Source of the DNA: Acidobacteriota bacterium
GTDB taxonomy: Bacteria; Acidobacteriota; Thermoanaerobaculia; Gp7-AA8
Assembly: GCA_019244185.1 (NCBI GenBank)
Contig: JAFATB010000005.1
Span: forward strand, 64,001 to 128,000
Length of the DNA stretch: 64,000 nt
Reading direction: 5' to 3'
Shown here: positions 19,306 to 29,330 of the stretch, piece after piece
Position numbering within the stretch: position 1 is the first letter of the stretch
How the letters are laid out: each line of letters begins with the position of its first letter
Notes under the pieces: generated by a model
Told to the model about the DNA's origin: nothing
Database searches by the model: none
The model's input: only the letters and a program-made list of their open reading frames with translations
Program-made: the position numbers and the translations under genes

Positions 19306-20529
19306 ATGCGCGTGTTGCCGTTCGTGCTCGCCGTCGCCGCCGCGGTGCCGTCGTTCGCACAATCGTCGTCGTTGCACTTCGACGGCTACGCCGCCGCGCA
19401 GACCGTGAACGCGACCGGCCCCGAGTCGTGGCGCACGGGCGACTTCGGACGGCTCGACGCCGGCGCCGCGCGCGACCGCGTCTTCGGCGTCGCGCAGCTC
19501 GGCGGCGACTGGGCGCCTGCGAAATGGTTCGACGTGCACGCCAGCGGCGCCGCGCGCCGCGATCCTGATGACTACCGCGGCGACGACGCCGGACTCGTCG
19601 AGGCGTACGCCGATCTGCGCGCGACGTTCACGAACGACGAGCTGCAGTTGCGCGCGGGGCAGTTCTTCCTGCCCACGTCGCGCGAGAACATCGATCCGTT
19701 GTGGACGTCTCCGTACACGATTCACTTCTCCGCGCTCAACAGCTGGATCGGCGAGGAAGTGCGGCCGCGTGGCCTCGACCTGCAGTGGCGGCATACGCTG
19801 CAGAACGGCGCGAGCCTCACCGCGGCCGCCACGGCGTTCCGCGACAACGACACCATGGGCGCGCTGCTCGCGTGGCGCGGCTGGAGCGTCGGCTCGCGGC
19901 TCTCGACGTGGAACGACGTCCTCCCGCTGCCTCCGGTCAACGTGTTGACCACCTCGTTCCCCGCGCAGCGCGACGACGGCACCGTGCCGCTCGAGCGCGA
20001 CCTCGACGGCCGCACCGGCTACTCCGCGCGCGTCCGCTACTCCGTGCCGCAACGCGCGCTCGTGCAGTTCACGATGCTCGACAACAAAGGCGACCGCGAG
20101 CTCTATCGCGGCGAGTACGCGTGGCGCACGAAGTTCCAGCTCGCCGGCGTGCAGCTCGGCGATCCCGACGCGTACTCGTTCGCCGCCGAGTACATGACCG
20201 GCTCGACCGGCATGGGCACCGCGCCGCGCTTCGTGCAGGCGGACTTCCGCGCCGCGTACGCGCTGCTGTCGGAGAAGCGCGGGCGCAGCCGCTGGACCGT
20301 GCGCTACGACCTCTTTCGCGTGACGGACGAAGACCACTCCGCCGCCGGCTCGAACGAGGACAGCGGCCGCTCGTGGACGCTCGCCTATTTCCTCGATCTC
20401 TCCAAAGCATTGCGCGCCGGCGGCGAATACACGCAGGTCGTCGCGAAGCGCCCCGCGGCGCAGGAGTCGGGCTTCGACGAAAGCCAGAACGGACGCGAGG
20501 TGACGCTGGAGCTGCGCTACCGCTTCTGA
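19306..20529 (+). CDS. Outer-membrane beta-barrel protein (unknown function)
   Basis: Signal peptide; alternating hydrophobic strands; C-terminal LELRYRF. Confidence 0.75.
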   Translation: MRVLPFVLAVAAAVPSFAQSSSLHFDGYAAAQTVNATGPESWRTGDFGRLDAGAARDRVFGVAQLGGDWAPAKWFDVHASGAARRDPDDYRGDDAGLVEAYADLRATFTNDELQLRAGQFFLPTSRENIDPLWTSPYTIHFSALNSWIGEEVRPRGLDLQWRHTLQNGASLTAAATAFRDNDTMGALLAWRGWSVGSRLSTWNDVLPLPPVNVLTTSFPAQRDDGTVPLERDLDGRTGYSARVRYSVPQRALVQFTMLDNKGDRELYRGEYAWRTKFQLAGVQLGDPDAYSFAAEYMTGSTGMGTAPRFVQADFRAAYALLSEKRGRSRWTVRYDLFRVTDEDHSAAGSNEDSGRSWTLAYFLDLSKALRAGGEYTQVVAKRPAAQESGFDESQNGREVTLELRYRF

Positions 20530-20563
20530 CAACCGGCACGTTGCAGGCATGCACCGTTCCGCG

Positions 20564-22192
20564 ATGCGCGTCGCCCTCTTCACTCTGCTCGCTCTCACCT
20601 GCGCCCAGGCGCCCGTCGAACAATCGCATCGTTCCGCAACGCGAGCTCCCGCCATGCACACCGACTACGACGTCATCATCCGCGGCGGCGACGTGCTCGA
20701 CGGCAGCGGCGCGCCACGCGTCCGCGCCGACGTCGGCATCCGCGGCGACACCATCGCGATCGTCGGCGATTTGTCGCACGCGACCGCGAAGACGACGCTC
20801 GACGCGCGCGGCAAGGTCGTCGCTCCCGGCTTCATCGATCTCCTCGGCAATTCGCAGTCGGCCGTGCTCATCGATCCGAAGCTCGAGGGAAAAATCCGGC
20901 AGGGCGTCACGACGGAAGTCACGGGAGAAGGACTCTCGCCCGGCCCGCTCAGCGAAGCGATGGCCGCGGAGATGGAGCGCACGAAGCCGCGCGGCTGGCC
21001 GCCGGTGACGTGGCGCACCCTCGGCGACTTCATGCGCGTCGTCGAGAAGCGCGGTTCCGCGCTCAACTTCGCGTTCTACATCGGTGCGCGCAATCCGCGC
21101 GAGATGGTCCTCGGCGACGCCGACCGCGCACCCACGCCCGACGAGCTGCGCCGCATGCAGCAGATCGTCGAACAGGCCGTGCGCGACGGCGCGGTCGGTC
21201 TCGCCAGCGCGCTCATTTATCCGCCGGGACGCTTCGCGACGACCGAGGAGCTGGTCGCACTCGCGAAACCCGCGGGCGCGTACTGGACGCATCTGCGCAA
21301 CGAGTCCGATCACATCGACGCCGCCATCGACGAGGCGATCCGCATCGGACGTGAGGCGCACGTCCCCGTCAACATCTTCCACCTCAAGATCGGCGGGCAG
21401 AAGAACTGGGGACGCATGCCGCGGGTCGTCGCGAAGATCGAGGCCGCGCGGAAAAACGGCGTCGACATCGCCGCGAACATGTATCCGTTCACCGCCACGT
21501 CGACGGAGCTGCTGTCGATCGTGCCCGCGTGGGCCGTCGAAGGCGGCTATCTCAAATTCCTCGAACGCCTGCGCGATCCCGCGACGCGCGCGAAGATCGC
21601 GGACGAGCTGCGCGCCGGACGCCTGCGCGAAGGCGGCGCGTCGACGATCGCCGTGCGCGGCGCGGCCACGAAACGCCTCGACGCCATCGCGCGCGAGCTG
21701 CACGTCGATCCCGCCGAAGCGACGCTGCGGCTCTTCGAACAGAACGCGAAGTCGCCGATCGCGATCTTCTTCTCGCTCAGCGAAGACGACGTGCGCGTCG
21801 TCGTGCAACAGCCGTGGGTCGCGTTCGGCTCCGACTCCGGCGCCGTCGTCACCCGCGACGAAGGCGCGCACCCTCGCGCGTACGGCACCTTCGCCCGCAT
21901 CCTCGGCCATTACGTCCGTGACGAGAAGCTGCTCACGCTGGAAGAGGCCGTGCGGCGCATGACGTCGTTCGCCGCGTCGCGCGCGAAGCTCGCCGATCGC
22001 GGTTTCCTGCGCGCCGGGATGAAGGCGGACGTCGTCGTCTTCGATCCCGCGACCGTGCGCGACGTGGCGACGTACGAAGACCCGCATCACTTCGCGGAAG
22101 GCGTCGCGGACGTCGTCGTCAACGGCACGCCCGTGCTGCGCGACGGCGCGATGACCGGCGCGCTGCCCGGACGCATCCTGCGCAAACCGTGA
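20564..22192 (+). CDS. N-acyl-D-amino-acid deacylase (amidohydrolase)
   Basis: VVAPGFID, QGVTTEVTGEG, HPRAYGTFARILG and ADVVVFD motifs. Confidence 0.9.
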   Translation: MRVALFTLLALTCAQAPVEQSHRSATRAPAMHTDYDVIIRGGDVLDGSGAPRVRADVGIRGDTIAIVGDLSHATAKTTLDARGKVVAPGFIDLLGNSQSAVLIDPKLEGKIRQGVTTEVTGEGLSPGPLSEAMAAEMERTKPRGWPPVTWRTLGDFMRVVEKRGSALNFAFYIGARNPREMVLGDADRAPTPDELRRMQQIVEQAVRDGAVGLASALIYPPGRFATTEELVALAKPAGAYWTHLRNESDHIDAAIDEAIRIGREAHVPVNIFHLKIGGQKNWGRMPRVVAKIEAARKNGVDIAANMYPFTATSTELLSIVPAWAVEGGYLKFLERLRDPATRAKIADELRAGRLREGGASTIAVRGAATKRLDAIARELHVDPAEATLRLFEQNAKSPIAIFFSLSEDDVRVVVQQPWVAFGSDSGAVVTRDEGAHPRAYGTFARILGHYVRDEKLLTLEEAVRRMTSFAASRAKLADRGFLRAGMKADVVVFDPATVRDVATYEDPHHFAEGVADVVVNGTPVLRDGAMTGALPGRILRKP

Positions 22193-22199
22193 CGTGTCG

Positions 22200-22230
22200 G
22201 GAGAAGCAGACCCGCGCTGTCTGCTTCTCC
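22200..22230. terminator. 12-bp stem-loop after the deacylase gene
   Basis: GGAGAAGCAGAC-ccgcgct-GTCTGCTTCTCC perfect inverted repeat; no clear U-tract. Confidence 0.5.
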
Positions 22231-22375
22231 GAACGGTGCGCGCCTCGGTGGGTACATCGACAGACCGCACGAACGCGCGTCATCTCGCAAACAGCAAACG
22301 ACTTATCGCGATGCACGCGCGTGAGCGATCTCTCGCGCGCGGCGGCCTTCCCCCTGCACTCCTGCATGCCCCGAC

Positions 22376-23560
22376 ATGCACGTACTCCTGCTCCCCTCGT
22401 GGTTCGACACCGTCGACAAGCCGTGGCGCGGCACGTTCTTCCGCGATCAAGCCACCGCGCTGCGCCGCCGCGGTGTCGACGCCGGCATCGCCTTCGTCGA
22501 GCGCCGCAGCCTCGGACATCTCCGCCCGCGCGCGCTGCACAAGAGCCACTTCCAGGTCACGTTCGAGCACGGCGAGGTACCGATCGCGCGCATGCGCGGC
22601 TGGAGCGTCGTCGCGCAGACGGTGCCCGGCGGCCTCCTCTGGTGCTCGCTCATGCGCCGCCTCGTGCACCGCTACATCGACGTCTACGGCATGCCCGATC
22701 TCATCCACGGCCACGCCGGCCTGTGGGGCGGCTACGCCGCGCTCCGCACCGCGAGCGAGCTCGGGATTCCGTACGTCGTGACTGAACACGCGAGCCGCGT
22801 GCTCGTCGGCGAACGCGAGCCGAGACGCCGGCAGCTGCTCGCGGAGACCTACCAGCACGCCGCCGCCGTCATCACCGTCAGCCGCGCGCTGCAACGCTCC
22901 GTCGAGCCGCTGATGAACGGCCGCCGAACGATCGTGGTGCCGAACACCGTCGATCTCGATTTCTTCACGATGCCGCGCAAGCCGCGCACGCGCACGCCGT
23001 TCCGCTTCCTCACCGTCTGCGATCTCGTCGCAAGCAAACGCGTCGATCTCGCCATTCGCGCCCTCGCGACGCTGCGCCAACGCGGCGTCGACGCGACGCT
23101 CACCTGCGCCGGCACCGGCAAAGAAGCCGCCGCGCTCGAACAACTCGCCCGCGATCTCGGTATCGCCAACGCCGTCACATTCACCGGCGCCCTCCCCCGC
23201 GACGCCGTCCGCCGCGAGCTCCACCGCGCCAACGCGCTCGTGCACCCCAGCCTGTTCGAGACCTTCGGCGTCGTGCTCATCGAAGCCCTCGCCACCGGCC
23301 TCCCCGTCCTCGCCACCCGCTGCGGCGGCCCCTCCGAGATCATCGACCCGTCCCTCGGCGAGCTCGTCGATCCCGGCAGCGAAGATCAGCTCACCGCCGC
23401 GATGCTGCGCATGACCGAGCGCACGTTCGACGCGAACGCGCTGCGCGCGTCGGTCGCGAACCGCTTCAGCTACGACGCCATCGGCGCGCAACTCGTCAGC
23501 CTCTACCAGCGGATCCTCGGCGACCGCTACGCGGAAAGGTGGGAACTGGCCGCGGGGTGA
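22376..23560 (+). CDS. Glycosyltransferase family 4
   Basis: PDLIHGH, YVVTEH and ETFGVVLIEALATGLPVLAT (EX7E) motifs. Confidence 0.92.
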   Translation: MHVLLLPSWFDTVDKPWRGTFFRDQATALRRRGVDAGIAFVERRSLGHLRPRALHKSHFQVTFEHGEVPIARMRGWSVVAQTVPGGLLWCSLMRRLVHRYIDVYGMPDLIHGHAGLWGGYAALRTASELGIPYVVTEHASRVLVGEREPRRRQLLAETYQHAAAVITVSRALQRSVEPLMNGRRTIVVPNTVDLDFFTMPRKPRTRTPFRFLTVCDLVASKRVDLAIRALATLRQRGVDATLTCAGTGKEAAALEQLARDLGIANAVTFTGALPRDAVRRELHRANALVHPSLFETFGVVLIEALATGLPVLATRCGGPSEIIDPSLGELVDPGSEDQLTAAMLRMTERTFDANALRASVANRFSYDAIGAQLVSLYQRILGDRYAERWELAAG

Positions 23561-23597
23561 CGCGGCGCGCGAAAACTTCGCCGCGGAGCTGCGCGCG

Positions 23598-24160
23598 GAT
23601 TCGCGCTGCAGCCGACGCAGCGCAGCGCGCTGGGGCACGTTCCGCGTAGTACCACCGGCTGGCGCCTCCTGCGCATGCGCGCAGCGGCCACGCGCATGGT
23701 CGCCCGCACGCGCTACGGCGACTGCAGCGGGACGCGCCCTCTCCGCCTTCACCGCATCGCGCACAACACTCGCTCAGCCGCGCAACGCCCCATGACACTG
23801 CGCGTCATACTCGGTGAGCGGATGCGCGTTGCGCGCTCGCTGCTCGGGCGCCTCCCGCCGCGGCGCCGCATCGATGCGCGCCCCGCACGCCCGACGCCGA
23901 CCACACCGCACGCGATTCGCGGGCCGTCCCATCGCCACCCTCGACTCGCTCAGCCGCGCAGCGCCGGCTGCAGCGCAGCGTCACGCGTCATCACCACGCC
24001 GTCGCTCGCGCGCCTCCTGCGCATCGCGCCGCGGTCATGCGTCGATACACGCCTCGCAGGCACCACGCGCCCGCAGTGCGCGTGATCTCTCCGATCTCAC
24101 CATCGCAACCGCGCGACTCGCGCTCAGCCGACGCAGCGCGGCGCGCTGCGTCGGCTGCAG
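23598..24160. repeat. Degenerate ~172-bp tandem repeat (about 3.5 units) ending in a perfect 16-bp palindrome
   Basis: Core GACTCG(CG)CT(G)CAGCCG(A)CGCA at ~23598, 23767, 23943 and 24115; CAGCCGACGCAGCGCG-g-CGCGCTGCGTCGGCTG at 24125-24157. Confidence 0.65.
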
Positions 24161-24174
24161 CGCCGCCCCCACCC

Positions 24175-25093
24175 CTAATGCCGCGCCGCGCGCCGCTTCG
24201 CGGGCGGCGCGGCGACCGGGCCGCGCAGGTTCGCGTCGAGAAAATCGTCGATCGCCTGCACGTATCGCGTCTCATCGAACGCTTTGCCGCCGTGGTCGCC
24301 GTTCGGGATCAGGATCAGCTGCGACGCCACGCCGCCGGCGCGCAGCGCGGTATCGAGATCGACGCTCTGCTTGTACGAGACCAGGCAGTCGAGCAGGCCG
24401 TGCTCGATGAGGAACGGCGGGTCGTCGGGCGTGATGTACGTCATCGGGCTCGCCATCATCGTCTCCGCGCGGCACGACTGACTGGATCGCGCAGCCCATC
24501 AGCAGCGACGGCGGCATGAACGACGCGTTTCCATCGAGCGGGATGCACGGCAGTTTCTGTTCTTCCAGCTTCAGCAGATCCGTCGGTCCGTAAAGATCGA
24601 CCACCGCCTTCACGCGGCTCGAGAACTGCGGATTGCCGAGCGACAGCCCTTCGAGCGTATCGACGCCGCCGCTCGTGCCGAGGACGGCGGCGAGATGGCC
24701 GCCGGCAGACGTGCCGAAAACGCCGATGCGGTTCGGATCGAGATGAAAGCGCGCCGCGTTCGCGCGCAGCCAGCGCACCGCGGCCTTGCAGTCTTCGATC
24801 TGCGACGGCCACGTCCACGCCGGCGCGAGCCGGTAGTCGATGCTCGCCACCGCGTAGCCGCGCGTCGCCTGCCGCAGCGCGGGGCCGCCCGTGCGGTCGC
24901 CGGTGATCCATGCGCCGCTGTGCAGATAGAGGATCACCGGATGCGGACCGGCGCCGTCGGGCACGCGCAGATCGAGTTGCAATGACGTGCCGCCGACGTT
25001 CGCGTATTCGAGCGACTCGTACGTCGTGAACGTGCCGGCGGACGCGGCCGTCGCGCACGCGAGGAGAACCAGGGCAAGCAGGGACCGGGACAT
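24175..25093 (-). pseudogene. Secreted alpha/beta hydrolase (Aes/BD-FAE-like esterase) frameshifted by a 4-bp duplication
   Basis: Signal peptide, HSGAW and GTSAGG in one frame; MASPMTYITPDDPPFLIEHG...D...GDHG in another; ACTG duplicated at 24477-24484. Confidence 0.85.
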
Positions 25094-25107
25094 GAGTCCC
25101 TGAAAAC

Positions 25108-26199
25108 TCAAACTTTCAGAATGATGTTCCGCCGGTAGAGCTCCCACGCCACCGCCAGCCAGAACAGGACGAACGTCATCCCCCACAGAAACGACGCGAG
25201 GTGCGGCTCGAAGTAAGGCTTGAACGTGAGCTCGTAGCTGAGCGGCTGCAGCGCGCGGCCGTGAATCTTGATCAGGCCGAGCAGCCGCGCCATCAGTCCC
25301 GAGCCGACGAAGAGGATCAGCGGGTTGACACCGTAAACCACGAACGGCTTCGTCCACCCGCGCCACCCTCGGATGTCGATGCAGTAGATGCAGAGCGCCA
25401 GCAGCACGCACGCGAAGCCGGCCGTGAACACAACGAACGAGCTCGTCCAGAGATTCTTGTTGATCGGAAAGACGAAATGCCACGCCTGCCCGATCGCCAG
25501 TCCGGCGATGCCGCCGATGGTCAACAGCTTGACGTTCCGCTCGCGGATCCATGGCGTGACGAGCACGCCGAGGAGCGCCGTCGCGATGGCCGGCAGCGTC
25601 GACAGCGGCCCCTCGGGATCCCACGTCTCGCTGATGGACCAGATGTGATGTTCGCCGAGAACCGCACGGTCCACCTGCGCCGCGATCGTCGCGCCCGGCG
25701 GCTCCAGCGGACCCAGCGACAGAATCGCCCAGTAGCCCAGAAGAATCGCGATCACGATCGCGATCATCACGCGCCGCGATGCGCGCCAGGCGATCAGCGC
25801 CGCGATCGTGTAGACGATGCCGATGCGCTGCAGCACGCCGAGGTAGCGGAGGTGCTCGACGCGGTGCACGATGCGATCGCCGAGCGTCGCGCCGGGCGGC
25901 ATCTTTCCCCACCAGTAGAACGGAAACCAGTTGAGCAGCAGGCCGCAGAGAAAGATCAGCGCGCCGCGTCTCAGGATCGCGCGCGGCTCTTTCCGCGAGA
26001 GTCCCGTCGTGACGCCGACGATGAAGAGGAAGAACGGAAAGATGAGATCCGTCGGCGTCCAGCCGTGCCACTCCGCGTGATCGAGCGGCCACCAGACCGC
26101 GCTCCACGTGCCGGGATCGTTGACGAGAAGCATCGCCGCGATCGTCGCGCCGCGGAAGACGTCGAGCGCCACGAGGCGCGGCCGCGGTTCCGCGCTCAT
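25108..26199 (-). CDS. Heparan-alpha-glucosaminide N-acetyltransferase-like (DUF5009) membrane acyltransferase
   Basis: LDVFRGATIAAMLLVN, HAEWHGWTPTDLIFPFFLF, GVLQRI, DPEG and PINKNLWTSS motifs. Confidence 0.9.
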   Translation of the reverse strand: MSAEPRPRLVALDVFRGATIAAMLLVNDPGTWSAVWWPLDHAEWHGWTPTDLIFPFFLFIVGVTTGLSRKEPRAILRRGALIFLCGLLLNWFPFYWWGKMPPGATLGDRIVHRVEHLRYLGVLQRIGIVYTIAALIAWRASRRVMIAIVIAILLGYWAILSLGPLEPPGATIAAQVDRAVLGEHHIWSISETWDPEGPLSTLPAIATALLGVLVTPWIRERNVKLLTIGGIAGLAIGQAWHFVFPINKNLWTSSFVVFTAGFACVLLALCIYCIDIRGWRGWTKPFVVYGVNPLILFVGSGLMARLLGLIKIHGRALQPLSYELTFKPYFEPHLASFLWGMTFVLFWLAVAWELYRRNIILKV

Positions 26200-27029
26200 G
26201 CGAGATTGCGATACGCCTTGAGGTGCCGGATGGCGGCCTGCTTTTCGCCGCGCCGCTCGTAGATGCCGGCGAGGTTGTAATGCGCGTCGGCATTCGCTCC
26301 GTCGAGCGCGATCGCACGCTTGTACGCCGCGATGGCGTCGTCGAGGCGGCCAAGGTCTTCGAGCGCGACGCCGAGGTTGAACGCCGCCGTCTCGTGGCGC
26401 GGCTCCGCGACGAGTGCAGCTCGGTAATGCTCCTCGGCCGCCGCGGGCTCGCCTTCCTCGTGCAGCAGACGCCCGAGGTTCACGTGCGCGTCGGCGTGAT
26501 CAGGATCGAGGCGCAGCGCGCGCTCGTAGGCATCCTTCGCTTCGTCGAACGACGTCATCTCGAGGTCGCACGCGAGGTCGTACCACTCCTCCGCGCTGAG
26601 GTCGCGCTCGCCGTCACGCGCGGCGGCCGCGTTGCGATGAAGGAGCGGCGCGGCCGCGGCTGCGATGTCGGCGACCGAGAAATCGAAGAGCGACTGTCCC
26701 GACTCCGGGTTCCACACCGTCTCGCCGTCGCGCACGATCACGCGCTCGCCGTCCGCCGCGATGCGCACGCCGGTCAGCGAGCGTCCCTCGGGTAACTGCT
26801 CGCGTAATGCCGCGAGCACGCGCCGCACCTTGCGCTGCGGAATGCGCGCGGCGGTCAGCTCGCCGGCCGTGCGGAGGATGATGAGGTCGTGAAAGCCGAA
26901 GCGCAGCTCGCCGCGCGGCCCGCGCTCCGGCTCGAGAAATCCCTTCGTGGCGTACGCGCGAATCTGCGCCGGCGAAATGCCGAGCATCGCCGAGACCTCG
27001 CGAAGGGAGTAGGACATGCCGAACTCCAT
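26196..27029 (-). CDS. MerR-type HTH + TPR protein
   Basis: YSLREVSAMLGIS HTH; C-terminal TPRs (AHVNLGRLL, AAFNLGVAL, AHYNLA); start may be ATG 27017. Confidence 0.85.
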   Translation of the reverse strand: MEFGMSYSLREVSAMLGISPAQIRAYATKGFLEPERGPRGELRFGFHDLIILRTAGELTAARIPQRKVRRVLAALREQLPEGRSLTGVRIAADGERVIVRDGETVWNPESGQSLFDFSVADIAAAAAPLLHRNAAAARDGERDLSAEEWYDLACDLEMTSFDEAKDAYERALRLDPDHADAHVNLGRLLHEEGEPAAAEEHYRAALVAEPRHETAAFNLGVALEDLGRLDDAIAAYKRAIALDGANADAHYNLAGIYERRGEKQAAIRHLKAYRNLA

Positions 27030-27073
27030 TGTACGTGGAGCGGCACGCGGCGCCCGAGGGTTAGACTGGCGAC

Positions 27074-27445
27074 ATGGGCGACGACGCCATCGACGAGCTC
27101 TATCGTGCGTGGAGTGACGCGTTTCGCACGGGTGACTTCGACGCGATCGCCGGACTGCTCACGCCGGATTACGTGCTCTTCGCACCGGGTCGTGAGCCGG
27201 TCGGGATCGATGCGCTGCGGCCGCAGCTCGAGCGCGTGTTCGCCGCGTTCGAGGTGTCGATCGCGTTCGAGCGCGAAGAGCGGATCGTGTCGGGAGAGCT
27301 CGCGTACGAGCGCGGCTGGGATGTGCAGACCGTTCGGCCGCGCGACGGCGGCGAAGTGCGCGAACAACGGCAGCGGGTGTTTCTGATCCTGCAGCGCGGC
27401 GACGACGGCCGCTGGCGCTTCGCGCGCGGCGTGGTGCTGCCGTAG
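27074..27445 (+). CDS. NTF2/SnoaL-like (DUF4440) protein
   Basis: WSDAFRTGDFDAI...SGELAYERG...DGRWRF pattern. Confidence 0.8.
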   Translation: MGDDAIDELYRAWSDAFRTGDFDAIAGLLTPDYVLFAPGREPVGIDALRPQLERVFAAFEVSIAFEREERIVSGELAYERGWDVQTVRPRDGGEVREQRQRVFLILQRGDDGRWRFARGVVLP

Positions 27446-27447
27446 GC

Positions 27448-27852
27448 TCAACGCGCGTTCGCGCGCATCACCGGCTGCATCATCGACACGCGATTTCCCT
27501 CCGTGTCGAGAAACGACACGTAGAGGCCGACGCCGGGGATCTCCATCGGGTCGCCGAGGACGTTGCCGCCGGCGCGCTCGACATTCGCCATCGCGGCGCG
27601 GATGTCGTCGACGGCGATGACGACGGACGGCACCTGATTCGGCCAGCCTTCTTTCTTGGGGAAGAAGCCGCCGTTGATGGCGCCGGGATGGTTCGGCTGG
27701 CCGTTCTCGTCCGACTCCGTCGTCCTGGCGAGGACGTAGTCGTTCATCTCGGGACCGAGGAGCTGCGTCTGCCAGCCGAAGGTCTTCGTGTAGAAGTTCG
27801 CCATGCGCTGGCGGTCTTCGGCTGGCAGTTCGAAGTGGATGACGGGATTCAT
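27448..27852 (-). CDS. VOC/glyoxalase family protein
   Basis: PVIHFEL, GAINGG and IPGVGLYVSFLDTEGNRVS motifs. Confidence 0.9.
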   Translation of the reverse strand: MNPVIHFELPAEDRQRMANFYTKTFGWQTQLLGPEMNDYVLARTTESDENGQPNHPGAINGGFFPKKEGWPNQVPSVVIAVDDIRAAMANVERAGGNVLGDPMEIPGVGLYVSFLDTEGNRVSMMQPVMRANAR

Positions 27853-27864
27853 CGACAGCTTGCG

Positions 27865-28806
27865 CTACCGCGCCTTGCTCTTCGCCAGACGCGCGACCTT
27901 CGCCGCGCGCGGCGCGCGTTTCGGCGCCTTGCGCTCGCGCGCCTTGATGGGCAGCTTGTCGGAGACGGCGAGCTTCGCGGCGACGCTCGTCTTCGCCGCC
28001 GCCGCCGCGCGTTTCGGCGCGGGCGCGGCTTCCGGCTCGGCGGCGCCGAGGCTGCGGCGCAGCGCATCCATGAGGTCGATGACCTGCGCGCGCGGCTCCT
28101 CGGCCGTCGCGTTGGTGATCTCCTCCCCTTCGATCTTGCGCTGGATCAGCTCGCGCACGCGATCGGAGACGTCGTCGCGATACTGCGCGGGATCGAAGAC
28201 CTCGGTCGCGCTCATCTCGGCGAGCTGAATCGCCATCTGCAGCTCGTTGTCGCGGATCTCCGTGTCGCCGAGGTCGAGCTCATCGATCGAACGGATCTCG
28301 TTCGGGTAGTAGAGCTGCTGCATCACGAGGCCGTTGCCGAGCGGACGCAGCACGACCACGTAGCCTTTGCCGCGCGCCGCGTACTTGGCGACGGCCCAGC
28401 GGCCGGTCTCCTGCAGCGCACGGGCGAGGAGCGCGTACGCGCGCGAGCCGCCCTTGTCGGGGCCGAGGTAGTACGGCTTCGCGAAGTAGATCGGATCGAT
28501 CTGGTCGGAGCGCACGAACTCCGTGATCTCGATCTGCTGCGTCGACTTCTCCTCGAGCGCCTTCAGCTCGTCCTCGTTGAAGAGGACGTACTGGCCGCGC
28601 GTGAACTCGTAGCCTTTCACGACCTCTGCGCGATCGATGGTGCGCTCGTCTTTGGGACAGAAGAGCTGCTGCTGGACGCGGCTGCCGCAGTCGCGGTGCA
28701 GCATGTTGAAGGAAATCTTTTCGGACGTCTCGGCCGCGGAGAAGAGTTTCACCGGGATCGAGACGAGGCCGAAGGCAATCTGTCCTGTCGCAATGGCTCG
28801 TGGCAT
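27865..28806 (-). CDS. ku: Non-homologous end-joining protein Ku
   Basis: GQIAFGLVSIPVKL, IDPIYFAKPYYLGP, VIDLMDALRRSL and a basic C-terminal tail. Confidence 0.95.
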   Translation of the reverse strand: MPRAIATGQIAFGLVSIPVKLFSAAETSEKISFNMLHRDCGSRVQQQLFCPKDERTIDRAEVVKGYEFTRGQYVLFNEDELKALEEKSTQQIEITEFVRSDQIDPIYFAKPYYLGPDKGGSRAYALLARALQETGRWAVAKYAARGKGYVVVLRPLGNGLVMQQLYYPNEIRSIDELDLGDTEIRDNELQMAIQLAEMSATEVFDPAQYRDDVSDRVRELIQRKIEGEEITNATAEEPRAQVIDLMDALRRSLGAAEPEAAPAPKRAAAAAKTSVAAKLAVSDKLPIKARERKAPKRAPRAAKVARLAKSKAR

Positions 28807-28901
28807 GGGAGACACCTTTCAGTTGCTCGTAAAACCAGATTTCGCCTGCCGATAATCCGTTCCTGGCTGCCCTGGGAACTGTGCATTTTACAATGCTTGC
28901 G

Positions 28902-29330
28902 ATGTCGCGCTACGCGAAGATACAGGCCGTAGTGAAACGCATCCCGCGCGGCCGCGTGGCCACCTACGGCGACATCGCCACTCTCGCAGGATTAGAGGGC
29001 CACGCGCGGCAGGTCGGCTACGCCCTGCACCATCTTCCCGAGCGCAGCGACGTCCCGTGGCACCGCGTGATCAATGCGAAGGGTGAGATCAGCCCGCGCA
29101 GCGCCGGAGACTCGCACGAGCTGCAGCGGATGCTGCTCGAAGCGGAAGGCGTCGCGATCAGCCTGGCGGGGAAGATCGATCTGAGCGTGTACCGGTGGAA
29201 GGGGACGCGAGCGGCGCCGCCTCGCGGCGCCGCTCGCGTCTCGCCTACTCCGTCGGCAGCCCGAGCGCCACGCGCGCCTGCCCGCCGAGGTACGTCGCGG
29301 AAGGCGGGTCGTAATTCGAGAGCACGATGA
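28902..29330 (+). CDS. Alkyltransferase-like protein (Atl/YbaZ, MGMT family)
   Basis: IPRGRVATYGDIA, ARQVG and PWHRV (Trp replaces the catalytic Cys); 3' end overlaps the convergent gene. Confidence 0.88.
   Translation: MSRYAKIQAVVKRIPRGRVATYGDIATLAGLEGHARQVGYALHHLPERSDVPWHRVINAKGEISPRSAGDSHELQRMLLEAEGVAISLAGKIDLSVYRWKGTRAAPPRGAARVSPTPSAARAPRAPARRGTSRKAGRNSRAR

Noticed and set aside
20533-20552. Sigma-54 promoter before the D-aminoacylase (CGGCACGTTGCAGGC)
   Set aside because: GG-N10-GC spacing fits only with a poor -12 (AGGC rather than TTGC); too weak in high-GC DNA
23598-24160. Possible CRISPR array
   Set aside because: Period of ~172 bp is too long, repeats are degenerate, intervening sequences are related to each other, and no cas genes are present
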